64,000 bases of DNA from Mobula hypostoma (taxonomy: Eukaryota), in assembly GCF_963921235.1 (NCBI RefSeq), contig NC_086097.1:88724001-88788000 (forward strand). Reading direction: 5' to 3'. The notes beneath the pieces are model-generated. The model was not told the origin of the DNA, did not search any database, and saw only the letters and a program-made list of their open reading frames with translations. The stretch's first letter is position 1. Each line of letters begins with the position of its first letter. Positions 1 to 13,194 of this stretch are shown one piece after another. The translations under genes were made by a program, and so were the position numbers.

Positions 1-50
1 AGATGAAAGTGGAGCTGTTTCTGAAGATGCAAGCAAAGGAGTCGCTGTTT

Positions 51-1000
51 AGAACATAGAACATAGAATAGTACAGCACAGTACAGGCCCTTCGGCCCAC
101 AATGTTGTGCCGACCCTCAAACCCTGCCTCCCATATAAGCCCCCACCTTAGATTCCTCCATATACCTGTCTAGTAGTCTCTTAAACTTCACCAGTGTATC
201 TGCCTCCACCACTGACTCAGGCAGTGCATTCCACGCACCAACCACTTTCTGAATAAAAAGCCTTCCTCTAATATCCCCCTTGAACTTCCCACCCCTTACC
301 TTAAAGCCATGTCCTCTTGTGTTGAGCAGTGGTGCCCTGGGGAAGAGGCGCTGGCTATCCACTCTATCTATTCCTCTAAATATCTTATACACCTCTATCA
401 TGTCTCCTCTCATCCTCCTTCTCTCCAGAGAGTAAAGCCCTAGCTCCCTTAATCTCTGATCATAATGCATACTTTCTAAACCAAGCAGCATCCTGGTAAA
501 TCTCCTCTGTACCCTTTCCAATGCTTCCACATCCTTCCTATACTGAGGCGACCAGAACTGGACACAGTACTCCAAGCGTGACCAAACCAGAGTTTTATAG
601 AGCTGCATCATTACATCGCAACTCTTAAACTCTATCCCTCGACTTATGAAAGCTAACACCCCATAAGCTTTCTTAACTACCCTATCCACCTGTGAGGCAA
701 CTTTCAGGGATCTGTGGACATGTACCCCGAGATCCCTCTGCACCTCCACACTACCAAGTATCCTACCATTTACTTTGTACTCTGCCTTGGAGTTTGTCCT
801 TCCAAAGTGTACCACCTCACACTTCTCCGGGTTGAACTCCATCTGCCACTTCTCAGCCCACTCCTGCATCCTATCAATGTCTCTCTGCAATCTTTCACAA
901 TCCTCTACACTATCTACAAACACCACCAACCTTTGTGTCGTCTGCAAACTTGCCAACCCACCCTTCTACCCCCACATCCAGGTTGTTAATAAAAATCACG
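51..1000 (-). mobile_element. 5'-truncated CR1 LINE (RT C-terminal half + 3' UTR)
   Basis: ORF 117-956 carries CR1 ORF2 motifs (WQMEFNPEKC, LEYCVQFWSP, LERRRMRGD). Tandem AGAACAT tail at 51-70. Confidence 0.93.
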
Positions 1001-1526
1001 ATTTTAGCACTATTATTATTCCACTCTAATTTACAAGATGGATTTTGGAATCAAAACTTCATTAGTAAGAAAGCAGTTGTTGAAAATGTGAAATTAAAAC
1101 TGCATTGAGAAGCAGAATAGACCTTGAGGACATGAATGCAAATGATTACGTTTTGCCTCCTTAAAACCTTAAAATAATAAGAAATAAAATGAGCTCTAGT
1201 ATATATATCTGAGTGAATAAAGTTGTAGAAGTGAAATGATCAACTTGAACTGAATCTTGCTTAGATAACATTTGAAAATTTTGTACAGGTCATTCCCACA
1301 TGAAAAATGCATTACAATATGAACCCCCATACATGACTATTATTATATTGTTAAATTCTGAAGTCTGTATTACTATACTTACATATGTTTATTCCTATGA
1401 TTAGCCGAACTAGTCTCCTCTTTCTACCTTTAATAATTGTCCTTCCAAACCAGTCTTATGAGATTTTGATACCACTTGTTACAATACTATGGTAGAATGG
1501 TTACCATATCAAGTGATTTTTGCGTA

Positions 1527-1710
1527 TTTTTTTTTATTTTATTTTTATTTGGATAAGGAATTCACAATTATCATGTACTTTTTTCACACATATAACCTTT
1601 TCCATTTTTTTATATGTATAAAACTACAATTATTTATACATTCTTAAGTACACATTGAGATGATATAAAAGGAAAATAAACATTTAAATAGATAATTATG
1701 TACTGTGGTA
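1527..1710 (-). mobile_element. Possible LINE 3' UTR/poly(A) remnant
   Basis: T-rich tract with TTTATT followed by AT-rich sequence. No coding motif seen. Confidence 0.3.
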
Positions 1711-2727
1711 CAGTCAATCTCTTTTCACCTAAAAAGGGAAGACCAAGGGGACCTGATCTGTAGAACTTTAATAAGTTTTATCCATGTAGATATAATGAGA
1801 GTATGCACTAAATGGAGGTCTTCAATTAAAGTAGTCAAGAGAAAATAAAGCACAGATTTCTGAAGAAAATTCCTTACCTAAGGAGCAAAGGAATGTGGAA
1901 CTCTGAAGTTTAGAGTGATTCAAGCAAGCAGCATAAATATGTTTAAGGTAGGAGGTAGAAGGGAATAATGGGTTATGGTAGTCAGGCTTCAGACAGCTTG
2001 ATTCGTTCCACATGATATCAAGAAATAACCGAGAGTAACTGACAATGAGACAAAGGTTGATAAGTGTTTAGTAACTTTTATGCCATAGAAGTGTCAAACA
2101 ATGAACCGTCTGCTGCAAGAAAATCTTACTTCTGGAATTGCCGTCTACCTCATGGTGGGCGCTATTGACTAGAAGCTCAACACCTTAATATTGTTGCTAC
2201 AAGAGTACCTCAAGGACTAGATATCCTCCAGCAAATCATTCATTTCCTGAAATCTCAATGTCTTTCCACTATAATTAAGATACATATTTGAGAGCATGAT
2301 GTCTAATCTCCTCTTACCTACCTGATTATCGCTACAAAACACGAAATAAGTTCAACATTACAGAGGGCAGAACAGCACATTTGGTTGGCAACCCATCTAT
2401 AGCCTAAACGTTATTTTCTTCCACCATGAGCTCAACAGTGGTCTATAGGTCTGCAGTTCCTCCCATATTCATAATTACTGCTACCAAGAAGTATAAGAAC
2501 CTCAAGCACTTGTGGGTTCCCCTCCAGTTGTACACCACCGTGACTTGGAAATACCTATACCAACATTCCTTCACTCTATATGGATCTAAATTTCTGAAAC
2601 CCTGTCTCCAACAGCAACAACTTCCCCAGAAAATAATACAGTGGTTCAAGAAGGCAACTCACCACCACCTTCTTTGGGTAATGCTCACAATGTCAGCCAT
2701 GCCACAATCCTATAAAAAGAGATATAC

Positions 2728-3908
2728 TGTAACCCAGGTTAATTAAACCCAAAGATGTGATGTTAGAAAGCTCTGCCTGTGGAGGGATAAAAACAAGGTT
2801 TACCAAATTTAAAAAAAAAGAACTGAGGGGGGGAGGGGAGAGAACGAGGCTTGGCTGACGCAGTGCGGGAAAGTGAGAGAAACGCAGCAAACTATTAGAA
2901 ACTAAAGATATAAACTGTTAAAAATGGAATTAGTAGTGAGTATCTCTACCTTATTTACTTGAAAACCTCAGGATGAAACCTCTGGAGGAGAGATGATAGC
3001 GATAAAAGACCTGTTGAAGCTACAGCTGTAACAAGACAATATCGGCAGAGACAAGTGTCCAAGATCTCTCCTGTGTAACTGGGAATTAGCTCTGTTAAAT
3101 CATACCAAGGGATTTGGTTAGTTTTTTTTGTGCAAGTATTGTGAAGCAACTTTCCTGGATGATCAACTATTTCATCCAATAAATCAAGATGGCAAGCCAC
3201 CCAAGATGAAGAAACAGTGCGGGAACAAAATGTTTGACTTAGGGGGTTTAATACGGTTGGATGTATAAGTTCATTTTCATTCAAAGGATCTGAATTTGAT
3301 TTTCTGCGGGAACTGATTGTTTTTTTGCAAAGACTTTGATAATAGTGAATGAGATTTACTTTGTTTAAAAGTTGTGATATTGGAGAATTGCTGTGAAAAG
3401 AGTTCAGCTGTATAGATGTATAATTTTTGAATTTGTAGACATACTGACTTGAACTGAAACTTAAGTTAACTGTAATACTTAAGAATAGGAATTCAATTAG
3501 CTTTCTAACTAACTAGGGATTAAAAAAAGAAAAGTTAACCTGTAAACCTTTAAATAAGGAGTAATAGTAGTGTTAGAGAAATTGGAGTAACGAATGTTAT
3601 TCCAGTAAATATCATTGACTCTAACTAAACAGGAATTTGATTTTTGTTTGAGATCTGAGATTTTGAACCTAAACGAAATGTTGTAATTTTCAATTGTTCT
3701 TACTCATGTAAATGTTTTGTATATCTAGTATTTTTATAGACAAAACTTACCTCCAGAAGTGTGTGTTTTCTATTCACTGCCTTCTTCCGATATCTAGAGT
3801 TTCTGATGGCCCACAAGCACCTAGTGTAGCTCAATGTAATTTGATCTTCTCATAAAGAATATGACGACCAGTCATATGAGATAAGACAAGCACTACACAG
3901 GTGTTACA
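2728..3908. mobile_element. Probable solo LTR (~1.18 kb)
   Basis: Inverted termini TGTAAC...GTTACA, flanked by ATAC/ATAT (near-match 4-bp TSD). Confidence 0.55.
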
Positions 3909-5017
3909 ATATTAATAGAAAATTTGGCTACTGCAGAGAGTGATTGAGGTGAATATTGTAGCAGTATTTAAAGAAAGCTGGTTAGGTATACAAGAGAAAA
4001 CAAAAGATTACATAGGGAAACAAATTTCCGTGCTGTTTAACCTATGTGAATTGTTATACAAGGGTAGTGCATTGCTCATGTATGCCATTGGAAAATGGAA
4101 GCAATGTTGTATTGTCTAAGACATATTTGCACTTCATTTTGCCTTTGTTGAGACGTAGCTCCCTGCCAAGCATGGACAGGAGAAGACACAGCGAACCCAG
4201 AGATAATTTTTCCACAATAAATATTATAGAATAAATTTTTGTGTAAGTACCAAAAGCTCATGAATCCAAGGTTGGTTATCAAAATTCTTTCAAAAACACT
4301 GATGTGACAGAGTAGATAGTACAGAGAGGATTAACACATTCTCCTCATAACTTGGAGATGTGTTTAAATCCATGCCAGATTTATGTATAGAATAAAATAG
4401 CCATTGTTCATCCAGCTGTGAAGGTTTGAAACACAAGAGCCAGCTTAAAACAATTAATCATGGACAACTGTCCATAGTGCATGGCATTAAACCAATAATC
4501 TCTGACATGCCATGAAGTCAACCTGTGTTTATTCTCATTCTCCTCTGAAATGCAAGAGATCATGAACCAAATTTTCCCAAGATAAGAGCAATATACAAGT
4601 TTGAGATGGACAGTTTTTGTGAGAGATGATTAGTCTTTGAGGTGTGAAGAAATGTAGGGCATTCCATTGGAAGTCAGATCTAAATCTATGGAATTGATTC
4701 TCTGTAATTTGGGAATGCAGATCCTCAGTAAATAAATATTATAGGTTTCATGACAAAATACGTATGTCTTTCCTATATATATAATTCTCTGGAATCTTAA
4801 TGCTGTGCAACAATTATGGATCTGATGTATCTGTAATGTTTGAACATGCTACATTTGAACAAATATTAATTCCAGCATTGAAAGTGTTTAATCATAACAG
4901 ATCATTGCCAACTAGCTTGTTGGAGCAATGACTATACTTGTCCATTAATGATTACTGCCTTAAATTTGTAATCTTTTGAGAGCATTTTAAGTTCCTATGC
5001 ATTTTTTCCATCTTCAG

Positions 5018-5204
5018 ATTTTGGTTAGCCGCAGAAGATTTGAAGAAGCAACCGCTCGTGGAAGTTCCAGACAAAGTTCAAGAAACCTGGCAAGAATTTC
5101 TTGCTCCTGGGGCACCCAGTGCTATTAATCTCGATTCCCATTCATATGAGATAACCAGTCAAAATGTCAAGGATCCAGGGAGGTATTCTTTTGAAGATGC
5201 ACAG
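5018..5204 (+). CDS. RGS6: RGS6 coding exon (RGS domain core)
   Basis: Acceptor ttttccatcttcAG and donor GTttgt. 187 nt = 1 nt + 62 codons: [63 protein letters not shown]7-family RGS box; [14 protein letters not shown] is the RGS6 rather than the RGS7 form. Confidence 0.95.
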
Positions 5205-5474
5205 GTTTGTTAGTTTTAAGTTTAATTGCATTAACATCAAATAAACTATGTTTTTAAAAGTCAAGCAGTATTAGATGATTATAAACTAATGGCTGAATAT
5301 GCCTGAATGTTGGGCATTAACCAATCAGCCACTCTTGTAGTGTAGCAATTAGGTAGGACCCCTAGGGTCAAAGCAGACTGTAAACCTTAGCTGCACACTG
5401 CACTGCTAATGCTGTCTCAGACCGTACGTAATAATTGTGTTGCAAGGTCCTAACAATGCGTCACCGATCACAGA

Positions 5475-6240
5475 AGAGTAAAGCACAGGGACAAGCCCTT
5501 CAGCCCACAATGTTTGTGCTGACCATGACACCCCAATTTCAGCTGTGAAGGTTTGAAACACTTGGTCAAACTTAAGCCAATCATTATAGAAGTGTTGAGC
5601 TTCTAGTCAATTGTACATCTGCTTGCACATTGTCTGTATCCCTCCATTTCCTGCCTGTTCAAATCTCATAACACATAGAACAGCATAGTACAGTAGGGGA
5701 CCTTCAGCCCATGATATTATGCCATGAACTTATCCACAATCCATCTAACCCTTACCTCATACATAGTGCATAACCCTCCATTTTTCTTACACCCATTTAA
5801 GATCCTCTTAAATGCCCCTGTTGCTTTATCCTCTATTATTACCTTAGTAGTACGTACCCATGATTGACTCCCTGTTTAAAAAAAAACTATTTCTAACATC
5901 TCCCCTAAACTTTCTATCACTCACCTTAAATGACTGTTCTCTGGTATTGGCCGATGCTGTCCTGGGAAAAAAATGGTGCTGGCTGTTCACTCTGTCTATG
6001 CCTCTCATAATCGTATCCACCTCTATCATCGTCTCTCATCCTCCATTGCTCCAAAAAGAAAACCCTAGCTCATTTATCCTCAACAACTTCCTCCATCTCC
6101 AAAGGGATCCTACCACTAAACAAGGTCCTTACCTTACCCTGCAATTCCCTACTCCATTTGTCCCTCTCAGTATTTATCCCTGCAAGAACTACAGCTGCCT
6201 ATACACCTCTACCCTCATCTCCATTCAGAGTTTCCGAAGT
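5475..6240. mobile_element. Degenerate CR1 3' fragments (minus strand) with an adjoining PLE fragment
   Basis: CR1 tail motifs (acagcatagtacag, cccttcagccc) and a decayed ...MRGIDRVNSQH... translation. PLE-like ccatctccaaagggatcctaccac at ~6090. Confidence 0.6.
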
Positions 6241-6743
6241 GTGGGTCAAGTGGCATTGACTTCTCAAGGGCAATTAGTGATAGGTAATAAATGCAAGCCG
6301 TGCTAGTGACACTGACTTCCTACCGTGAAGGGAGGAGAGGGGTAGGGAGCCACAGTGCATCTCAGTTCCATGTCTTCATAGCAATTTATTCATTGGGCAT
6401 AAAATTGACAGTTCAATTTATTTCCATAGGCACAAATGAAAGTATGCACAGGTAGAGTGAAAAGAATTACCTGCAACAGCATCACAGGCACATAGCTGCA
6501 AATACATAGCATTAACAAGGAAAACATAGATTAGACAAAATTATACAAGAAAGAGCACAATTAAAACAAAATAAATCATCCATTGGGGTGCAATGTGATT
6601 AACGCGGGCATAGTGTTGCTATACAAAGAGAGAGAGAGCCTGTGACTCATTGAACTCTTGGGGTGAACAGTGGTTTCTGATGGACTTTAGATCACGGTCT
6701 CTTTGGGGTCTTTGCTATTGCTTGCATGGTGGGTGGTGGAGGA

Positions 6744-7488
6744 GCCTGTGCTTTTGTTGAGGCAGATGGGAGAGGGAGGAGAGCTGATGCTTTTGCTGAG
6801 GCAGACAGGAGAGGGAGGAGAGCTGATGCTTTTGCTGAGGCAGATGGGAGAGGGAGGAGAGCTGATGCTTTTGCTGAGATGGACAGGAGAGGGAAGAGGG
6901 CTGATGCTTTTGCTGAGGCAGACGGGTAAGGGAGGAGGGCTGATGCTTTTGCTGAGGCAGACAGGAGAGGGAAGAGGGCTGATGCTTTTGCTGAGATGGA
7001 CAGGAGAGGGAGGAGGGCTGATGCTTTGCTGAGATGGACAGGAAAGGGAGGAGAGCTGATGCTTTGCTGAGGCAGACAGGAGAGGGAGGAGAGCTGATGC
7101 TTTTGCTGAGATGGACAGGAGAGGGAAGAGGGCTGATGCTTTTGCTGAGATGGACAGGAGAGGGAGGAGGGCTGATGCTTTGCTGAGATGGACAGGAAAG
7201 GGAGGAGAGCTGATGCTTTGCTGAGGCAGACAGGAGAGGGAGGAGAGCTGATGCTTTTGCTGAGATGGACAGGAGAGGGAAGAGGGCTGATGCTTTGCTG
7301 AGGCAGACGGGAGAGGGAAGAGGGCTGATGCTTTTGCTGAGGCAGACGGGTGAGGGAGGAGGGCTGATGCTTTTGCTGAGGCAGGCAGGAGAAGGCGGAG
7401 GGCTGATGCTTTGCTGAGATGGACAGGAGAGGGAGGAGAGCTGATGCTTTGCTGAGGCAGACGGGAGAGGGAGGAGGGCTGATGCTTT
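6744..7488. repeat. Minisatellite, ~19 copies of a 38-39-nt unit
   Basis: Unit GCTGATGCTTT(T)GCTGAG(GCA/ATG)GACAGGAGAGGGA(G/A)GAG(A/G), tandemly repeated and embedded in a dispersed repeat (~6625-7630). Confidence 0.95.
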
Positions 7489-8869
7489 AGCTTGTTGCTT
7501 TGAGGTTGTAACATTTTCCTGTCATTCATTCTTTGCGGGTTTTCTTCTTTTTCACGAATGCGGAGAGTAAGAATTTCAGGTTGTATACTATGTACGTTCT
7601 CTGATATCAAATTGAACCAGTGAACCATGATGTATCTGGGCTGAGTTCATTCCTCTTACATTTCCGTGCATTCGAAGTGCTGTATCGAACCACAATACAA
7701 CCAGCCAAGTTACTTTGAAAGGCATTACTTGCAAAGCCAGCCGGTATTGCCTTTCTGTCATTTCCCTTGAGGAGGCAGTTGTGAGCCACAGCCTTGTCGG
7801 ATATCCACAGTTTTATGCTTGAAGATGTAGCTTGTGATCACCTGTTTCTGAAGTCAATCTAGTCAGTGCTCCATCTGGTCCTACACCTGGGATACACTCC
7901 TGTTTTTATTGGCCTTAAAGAGACTACTGGCAGATGGCATTTCCCTGCTATTTGAGTCACTTGAGCCAAAAGTCCATCTGCTTAAAAACAAACAAAGGCA
8001 ATCAGAGCTGTAAGGCTTATATGGCTGTGCTACCACACGTTTGGATTACATGCTTTATTTCCACAGTAATCTCCCTTAATCCTTAGTGATAGATTTTGTG
8101 CAGTCAAGATGTAGAAATGGCCACTCCCTTGTTTAGTCAGTTATGTGAGGTCCCATTGTTGACTGTGCTGCTAAAAGTACAAGGAGCAAATAGGTCCCTT
8201 GTAACCTCTCTCCAAAGAAACAAGTTCAAATTATTATTCTTGCTTACACATAGTTTATATCTCTAACTTAATACTTGCTAAAACTGTATTTTAGCAAGAC
8301 ATTTGCTAATGAAGTCATTCCCGCTGAACACTTCTGCAAAATACACACAAGTTCAAGTTTATCACTGCCATGGGCATACAGACACAGTAAATGCCATGAA
8401 AATTAGAAATATATGGTACTAATAGGATACATTACAAGAAAAGGGCAAACACAAATTAACATAAGTTATACGTAACTTCAACATGTTCAAACCAAACAAT
8501 GACGACGACATAAACACGAGATTCTGCAGATGATGGAAGTCCAGAGACATCCTTACAAAATGCTGGAGGAACTCAGCAGGTCAGGCAGCATCTGTGAAGG
8601 AGAAATTGACATTTTGAGCCAAAAGCCTTATTAAAGACTAGAAAGGAAGGGGAAAGAAGCCAGAATAAGAAAGTTGGGGAGAGGCAAGAGTACGGGCTGA
8701 CAAATGAAGCGAAGTGAAGGGGACGGTGGGTGGGGGGAGAGGGATGAAGTGAGAAGCTGAGAGATGACAGGTGGAAAAGTTTAAGGAATCAAGAAGAAGG
8801 AATCTTCTTTAATGACAACAAAAGTGCGAGCTAGAGAGAAAAAAGAGAAAAATATAGTCCATAGTAGTG

Positions 8870-10330
8870 TCAAGGCTTTTCAAGTCAGTTCAAACACTTG
8901 ATTGCAGTGGGAAAGAAGCTGTAGTTAATCATTCAGGTGTAGCTCTTCATCCCCCTGTGCCTCCTGGCTGATGGCAGCAATGAAAAGAACACACAGCCTG
9001 AAGGGTGGGGGTCACTGATGATAGATGATGCTTTCCTGAGACATTAGGTGTCCTTGATGGTAGTGAGAGCTTTACCCATGATAGCGCTGGCTGAGGCGAC
9101 CACTTTGTGTAGTCTCTTGTGTTGCTGTGTATTGGAGTTTCCATACCAGACCATGATGCAACCAGTCAGAATGTCTTCCACTGTACATCTGTGGAAGCTT
9201 GTTAGAGTATTTGATGATATACCAAATCTCCTCATACTTCTGAATAAAAGTAGAGATGCTAGTGAGCCTTCTTTGTGGCTGTATCTACAGTATGTGCTGA
9301 ACGTACGATGAGTCTTTCGGAAGTTGACATTCAGGTACTTGAAGTTGCTCAACCTTTTCTACTGTAGACATTTCAGAGAGAGTTGGTGTGGGTTTGCCTG
9401 GCTTCCACTTCCTAACATCCACAATCACTTCCTCACTCTTGCTGACATTGGGTGTAAGGTTGTTGCTATGACACCATTTAACCGGCTTGCCTAACTCACT
9501 GCTGCATGCTTCCTTGTCACCATCCTCCATTGTGCCAACAACAGTTGCATAATTGAGACACTTGTAGATGGTATTGAACCTACTGTATGCCTAGCCACAA
9601 AATTGTAGGAGAGTATATGGAGAGCAGAGCAGAGGTTCAATCACCAAGTCTCCCGTGCACCAGTTTTGATGGGCATTGAGGTGGAGATGAGGTTTTTGAT
9701 CTGGACTGATTATGATCTCCCAATGAGAAAGTGAAGGATCCAATTGCAGAGGAAGGTATGGATGCCTAAGTCTTGGAGCTTGATGATAGTTTCTGAGGAG
9801 ATGATGGTGTTCAATGATGAGCTGTAGTCATTGAACAAAGCCCTGATGTACATTTTCCTGTTGTCCAGCCATCCAAAGCAGAGTGGAGAGCTAGCGACGT
9901 AGCATCTGCTGCAGACCAGTTGTGGTAATAGACAAATTGAAATGGGTCCACATCCTCACTGAGGCAAGGGTTGACTTAAGCCATAACCAACCACTTGAAG
10001 CACTTCATTATGGTAGGTATAAGCACTACTGGCTGGTAGTCATTGAGGCAGGTCACCCGACATTTTTTAGACATCAGTACAATCTGAAGCAGGTGGGAAT
10101 CTCAGACTGCAGAAGTGAGAGGTTAAGGATGTTACTGAGCACTCCAACCAGTTGGAGTGCAAGGTTTTCGTATCCGTTCAGGTACACCATCAGGGGTACA
10201 CCTGATGCCATGGAATTACTGTCCTGAGGATGCCTTGATGTCAGTCTCTGAGACTGAGATCACAGCATCATCCGTTGCTGTGTGGACTAATGCAGGCACG
10301 TCACAGTTCTCCCTCTCAAAGCATGAATTA
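8870..10330 (-). mobile_element. Degenerate Rex1/Babar-type LINE
   Basis: Decayed translations such as ...MRRFGISSNTLTSFHRCTVEDILTGCIMVWYGNS... and ...WCHSNNLTPNVSKSEEVIVDVRK..., with many stops. Confidence 0.75.
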
Positions 10331-11501
10331 AAAGCATTAAGTTCGTCAGAGAGTGATGTGTCATTAACGCTTATGCAATTCAATTCTGCAAAGATAATTG
10401 GTAAGCACTCGCAATCCAGTGATCATGGTGTGGCTAATTAAAAGTTAATCATTTTAACCGGCTGCCAGAAATCTGAAATAAAAATGGAAAATGTTAGAAC
10501 ACTCAGTTGATCATCTGATATCCTTAAGGTGGAACGAACTTTAATTTACACAGCAACTCAGGGTTTCCTTTATGTTGGAGCTGGCCTCACAATGTAAATA
10601 TGCCCAAAGGTGGCAGCTCTCTTGTTTCACCCGCAAAAGGCTGCCTGGATGAATGTTAACAAGCTTAATGAATTAAGATGGACATCGCACATAAGATGAG
10701 CTTGATAACCCCTGCTTCCCATACCTGCCTGAAGTTGGTAACTAGCTAAAGTGTGCACTATCTACTGAACTCAATCCAGTCAAGAATATCATAATGGACA
10801 TAAAGTATGTATGTACTTAAGTTAATATTTTTAATTTTCAAATTTCAAACTCTTATGCAGCAGTCAGACTACCAAAGATAAAACACAAAGGCTATAGCTC
10901 GTGGCAAATGTTCTTTTTACTTTCTGCAGAGAACTATAAATAGCAATTTGATATAGCTCTGTTAAAAGCTGGTACAATGTAAATCAGCTGCCCTTCCATT
11001 GACAAGAGCCTTTTATTACCGAGTTTATAGTCAGGACACCTGTTCAGTTTCAATTTTGGGAGTGAAGTTTCCATTTGGATTTAATTAGCAAACTGGGTGC
11101 AAATTGTGCTTTAAGTTCATGGCCTTTCCAAAGTGTTGGTTCAAGTTTCCACTCAATTGTACAGCCTGAGATAGGGAAAACCTGCAGAAGATCAAGAGTT
11201 TTTCCATGAACCAACGTATTTTAATTAATTATTCATTGTTATCACTGAGCCCACATTACTAATACAGTGAAATATATTTGTAAGATATTTTTTCACGAAA
11301 GTATATTTAACAACAATTACCACATTTAAGAGGCATTTGGACAGGTACTTCGATAGGCAAAGCATTGAGGGATATATTACAAATGGGATTAGTGTAGAGA
11401 GGCAAAATATCTGCTTGGATGTAATGGGCCAGATGATGCATTTCGAAGCTGTATGACTCTATAATGCCTTGTTCTTCACCTGTATGTTACCATATTTTAA
11501 G

Positions 11502-12093
11502 TGTAACTCTCACTTCAGCTAGCAGCTTAATTTAGGGAGTGATAGCCCCCAGCCAGGCCAAACTTAAGAAATCTCATTTGGGTGGATGCTGCATGATGTG
11601 TCCCCTGTTACAAATCAGTACCCTGAAATAACAAACAGTACACAATACGCGATTAAACGATTAAGCTTTATAATTCTGACTTTGACTATATGGTTAGTAA
11701 AGAAAACAAAAAAAAAGATAAGGGGCCCAATCTTATTAAACATTCTGTTGCGTAATGTTGGATCTCACTGACAAGCCGGTCGTCCACTATCAACCTCCTC
11801 CGATCATCGCTGCACTTTGGACCCTCGCTCCAAGTCCACCCCGTCCAGCGGTCTACCAACTCTCTCCATTCTTGTCTTCTCTCCTCATCTTTCTGCGGCA
11901 AAAGACCGTGAAAAGTCTCCTTCCAGATCCACAAGACAGAACAACAATCTCCTGATTGGCTAACATGCATAACCATAGTCCTGTTATCTCCAGCCATAAC
12001 CCAAACATTGCTGCTTCAGAGAAACAATTACCTCAGCAGTGAACATTACAGAGAAGCCATTACATTAGCAGTGAATCCTTACAGCATGTTACA
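11502..12093. mobile_element. Solo LTR (592 bp)
   Basis: Termini TGTAAC...GTTACA with flanks TAAG/TTAG (near-match 4-bp TSD). Confidence 0.65.
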
Positions 12094-12682
12094 TTAGTTA
12101 TCAAGGTAGATCAACAGGAAATCAACACAATACTTTGAGAATTTACTATGTGCAAATTAATGTTGTGACTGATTGAAGTCACTGGAGAGACACTGAAGCT
12201 GGTGATATAGAAATCTATTCAGCACAAGCAGGTATTCTTGTGGAAACACTCTCAGTAGAGGCTCACAAACTTAAAAGTACATCACATTTTATACCTTTGA
12301 GATCAATGGTAACTGTAGGTGATTCAGTACAGTTTCAGTAGTTACAATGACATTGTTCACTTTGCCTTGACTCTACTTTGCCTTGACAATGACATTGTTC
12401 ACTTTGCCTTGAAATGCCAGTGGGAAGTGGGAGACACTTCTGAATGATCAAATAGATTTGTTGGGACAATCTAATTGCTAGCTTCCTGAACTTATTTATA
12501 TTAACAATGGTGTAAGTTCCTTAAACCCATAGTTTGATATTGTGAAGGAGGATTTTGTTTTTATAAATAAAATTTTTGTCATAATTAAAAGTTTTAAATG
12601 TACCAAATGTAGCCTATAGACCAAAAATAAACAAACACAATGATAAGCACAAAGATAAAAATGTGTTAGAAATGAAATATGT

Positions 12683-12720
12683 TAGTCCTGAAGAAGGGTC
12701 TTGGCCCGAAACATCGACTG
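12683..12720 (+). ncRNA. Minimal type-I hammerhead ribozyme-like motif (PLE terminus)
   Basis: tagtc-CTGAAGA-A-GGGT-cttg-GCCC-GAAA-ca-TC-gactg. Confidence 0.65.
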
Positions 12721-13016
12721 TTTATTCATTTCCGTAGGTGCCGCCTGACCTGCTGAGTTCCTCCAGCATTTTCTGTCTGTTGCTTAGAAATGAAACTGCT
12801 GTATTTAGTTTTATATTGGAGGTAAATTTTAACATAAGCCATCTCCTGAAAATCTTGATCAACTCTCTGCCCTGACATATGCTCCCTAATTGGCACTAAG
12901 TCTTAAGGCGTCAGAAATGGGCAACTTCTTTGGATAGTTGGTTCATTTATTTCACACTGGGATCATGGCCAGTTTTCATCAATGGGAATCATATATTCTA
13001 TTTTTATTTTTATTTT

Positions 13017-13194
13017 TGAACTCCCACTGGTTTCCTTGGCTGTGTAAGTCTAGGGAATACACACTCAGGTCCTGCCAAACCCCTGATTGAGACAGCTCAC
13101 GTTCCAAAATACCCGCTACCTCTAACCATAATCCAACACTGCTTCTACAGAAAGACCATTATGTTAGCAGTGAAGCCTTTCCCAGGGTGTTACA
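13017..13194. mobile_element. Internally deleted relative of the 11502-12093 LTR
   Basis: Shares the right end (ccataa...ca(c)tgct...cagaaag.ccatta...ttagcagtgaa.cctt...tgttaca) and a similar left end. Confidence 0.5.

Noticed and set aside
6744..7488. CRISPR-like array
   Set aside because: Units are contiguous with no unique spacers, there are no cas genes, and the context is eukaryotic.
6687..7628. 313-aa Ser/Pro/Leu-rich ORF and overlapping plus-strand ORFs
   Set aside because: Translations of the minisatellite; frames stay open because of the unit's composition.
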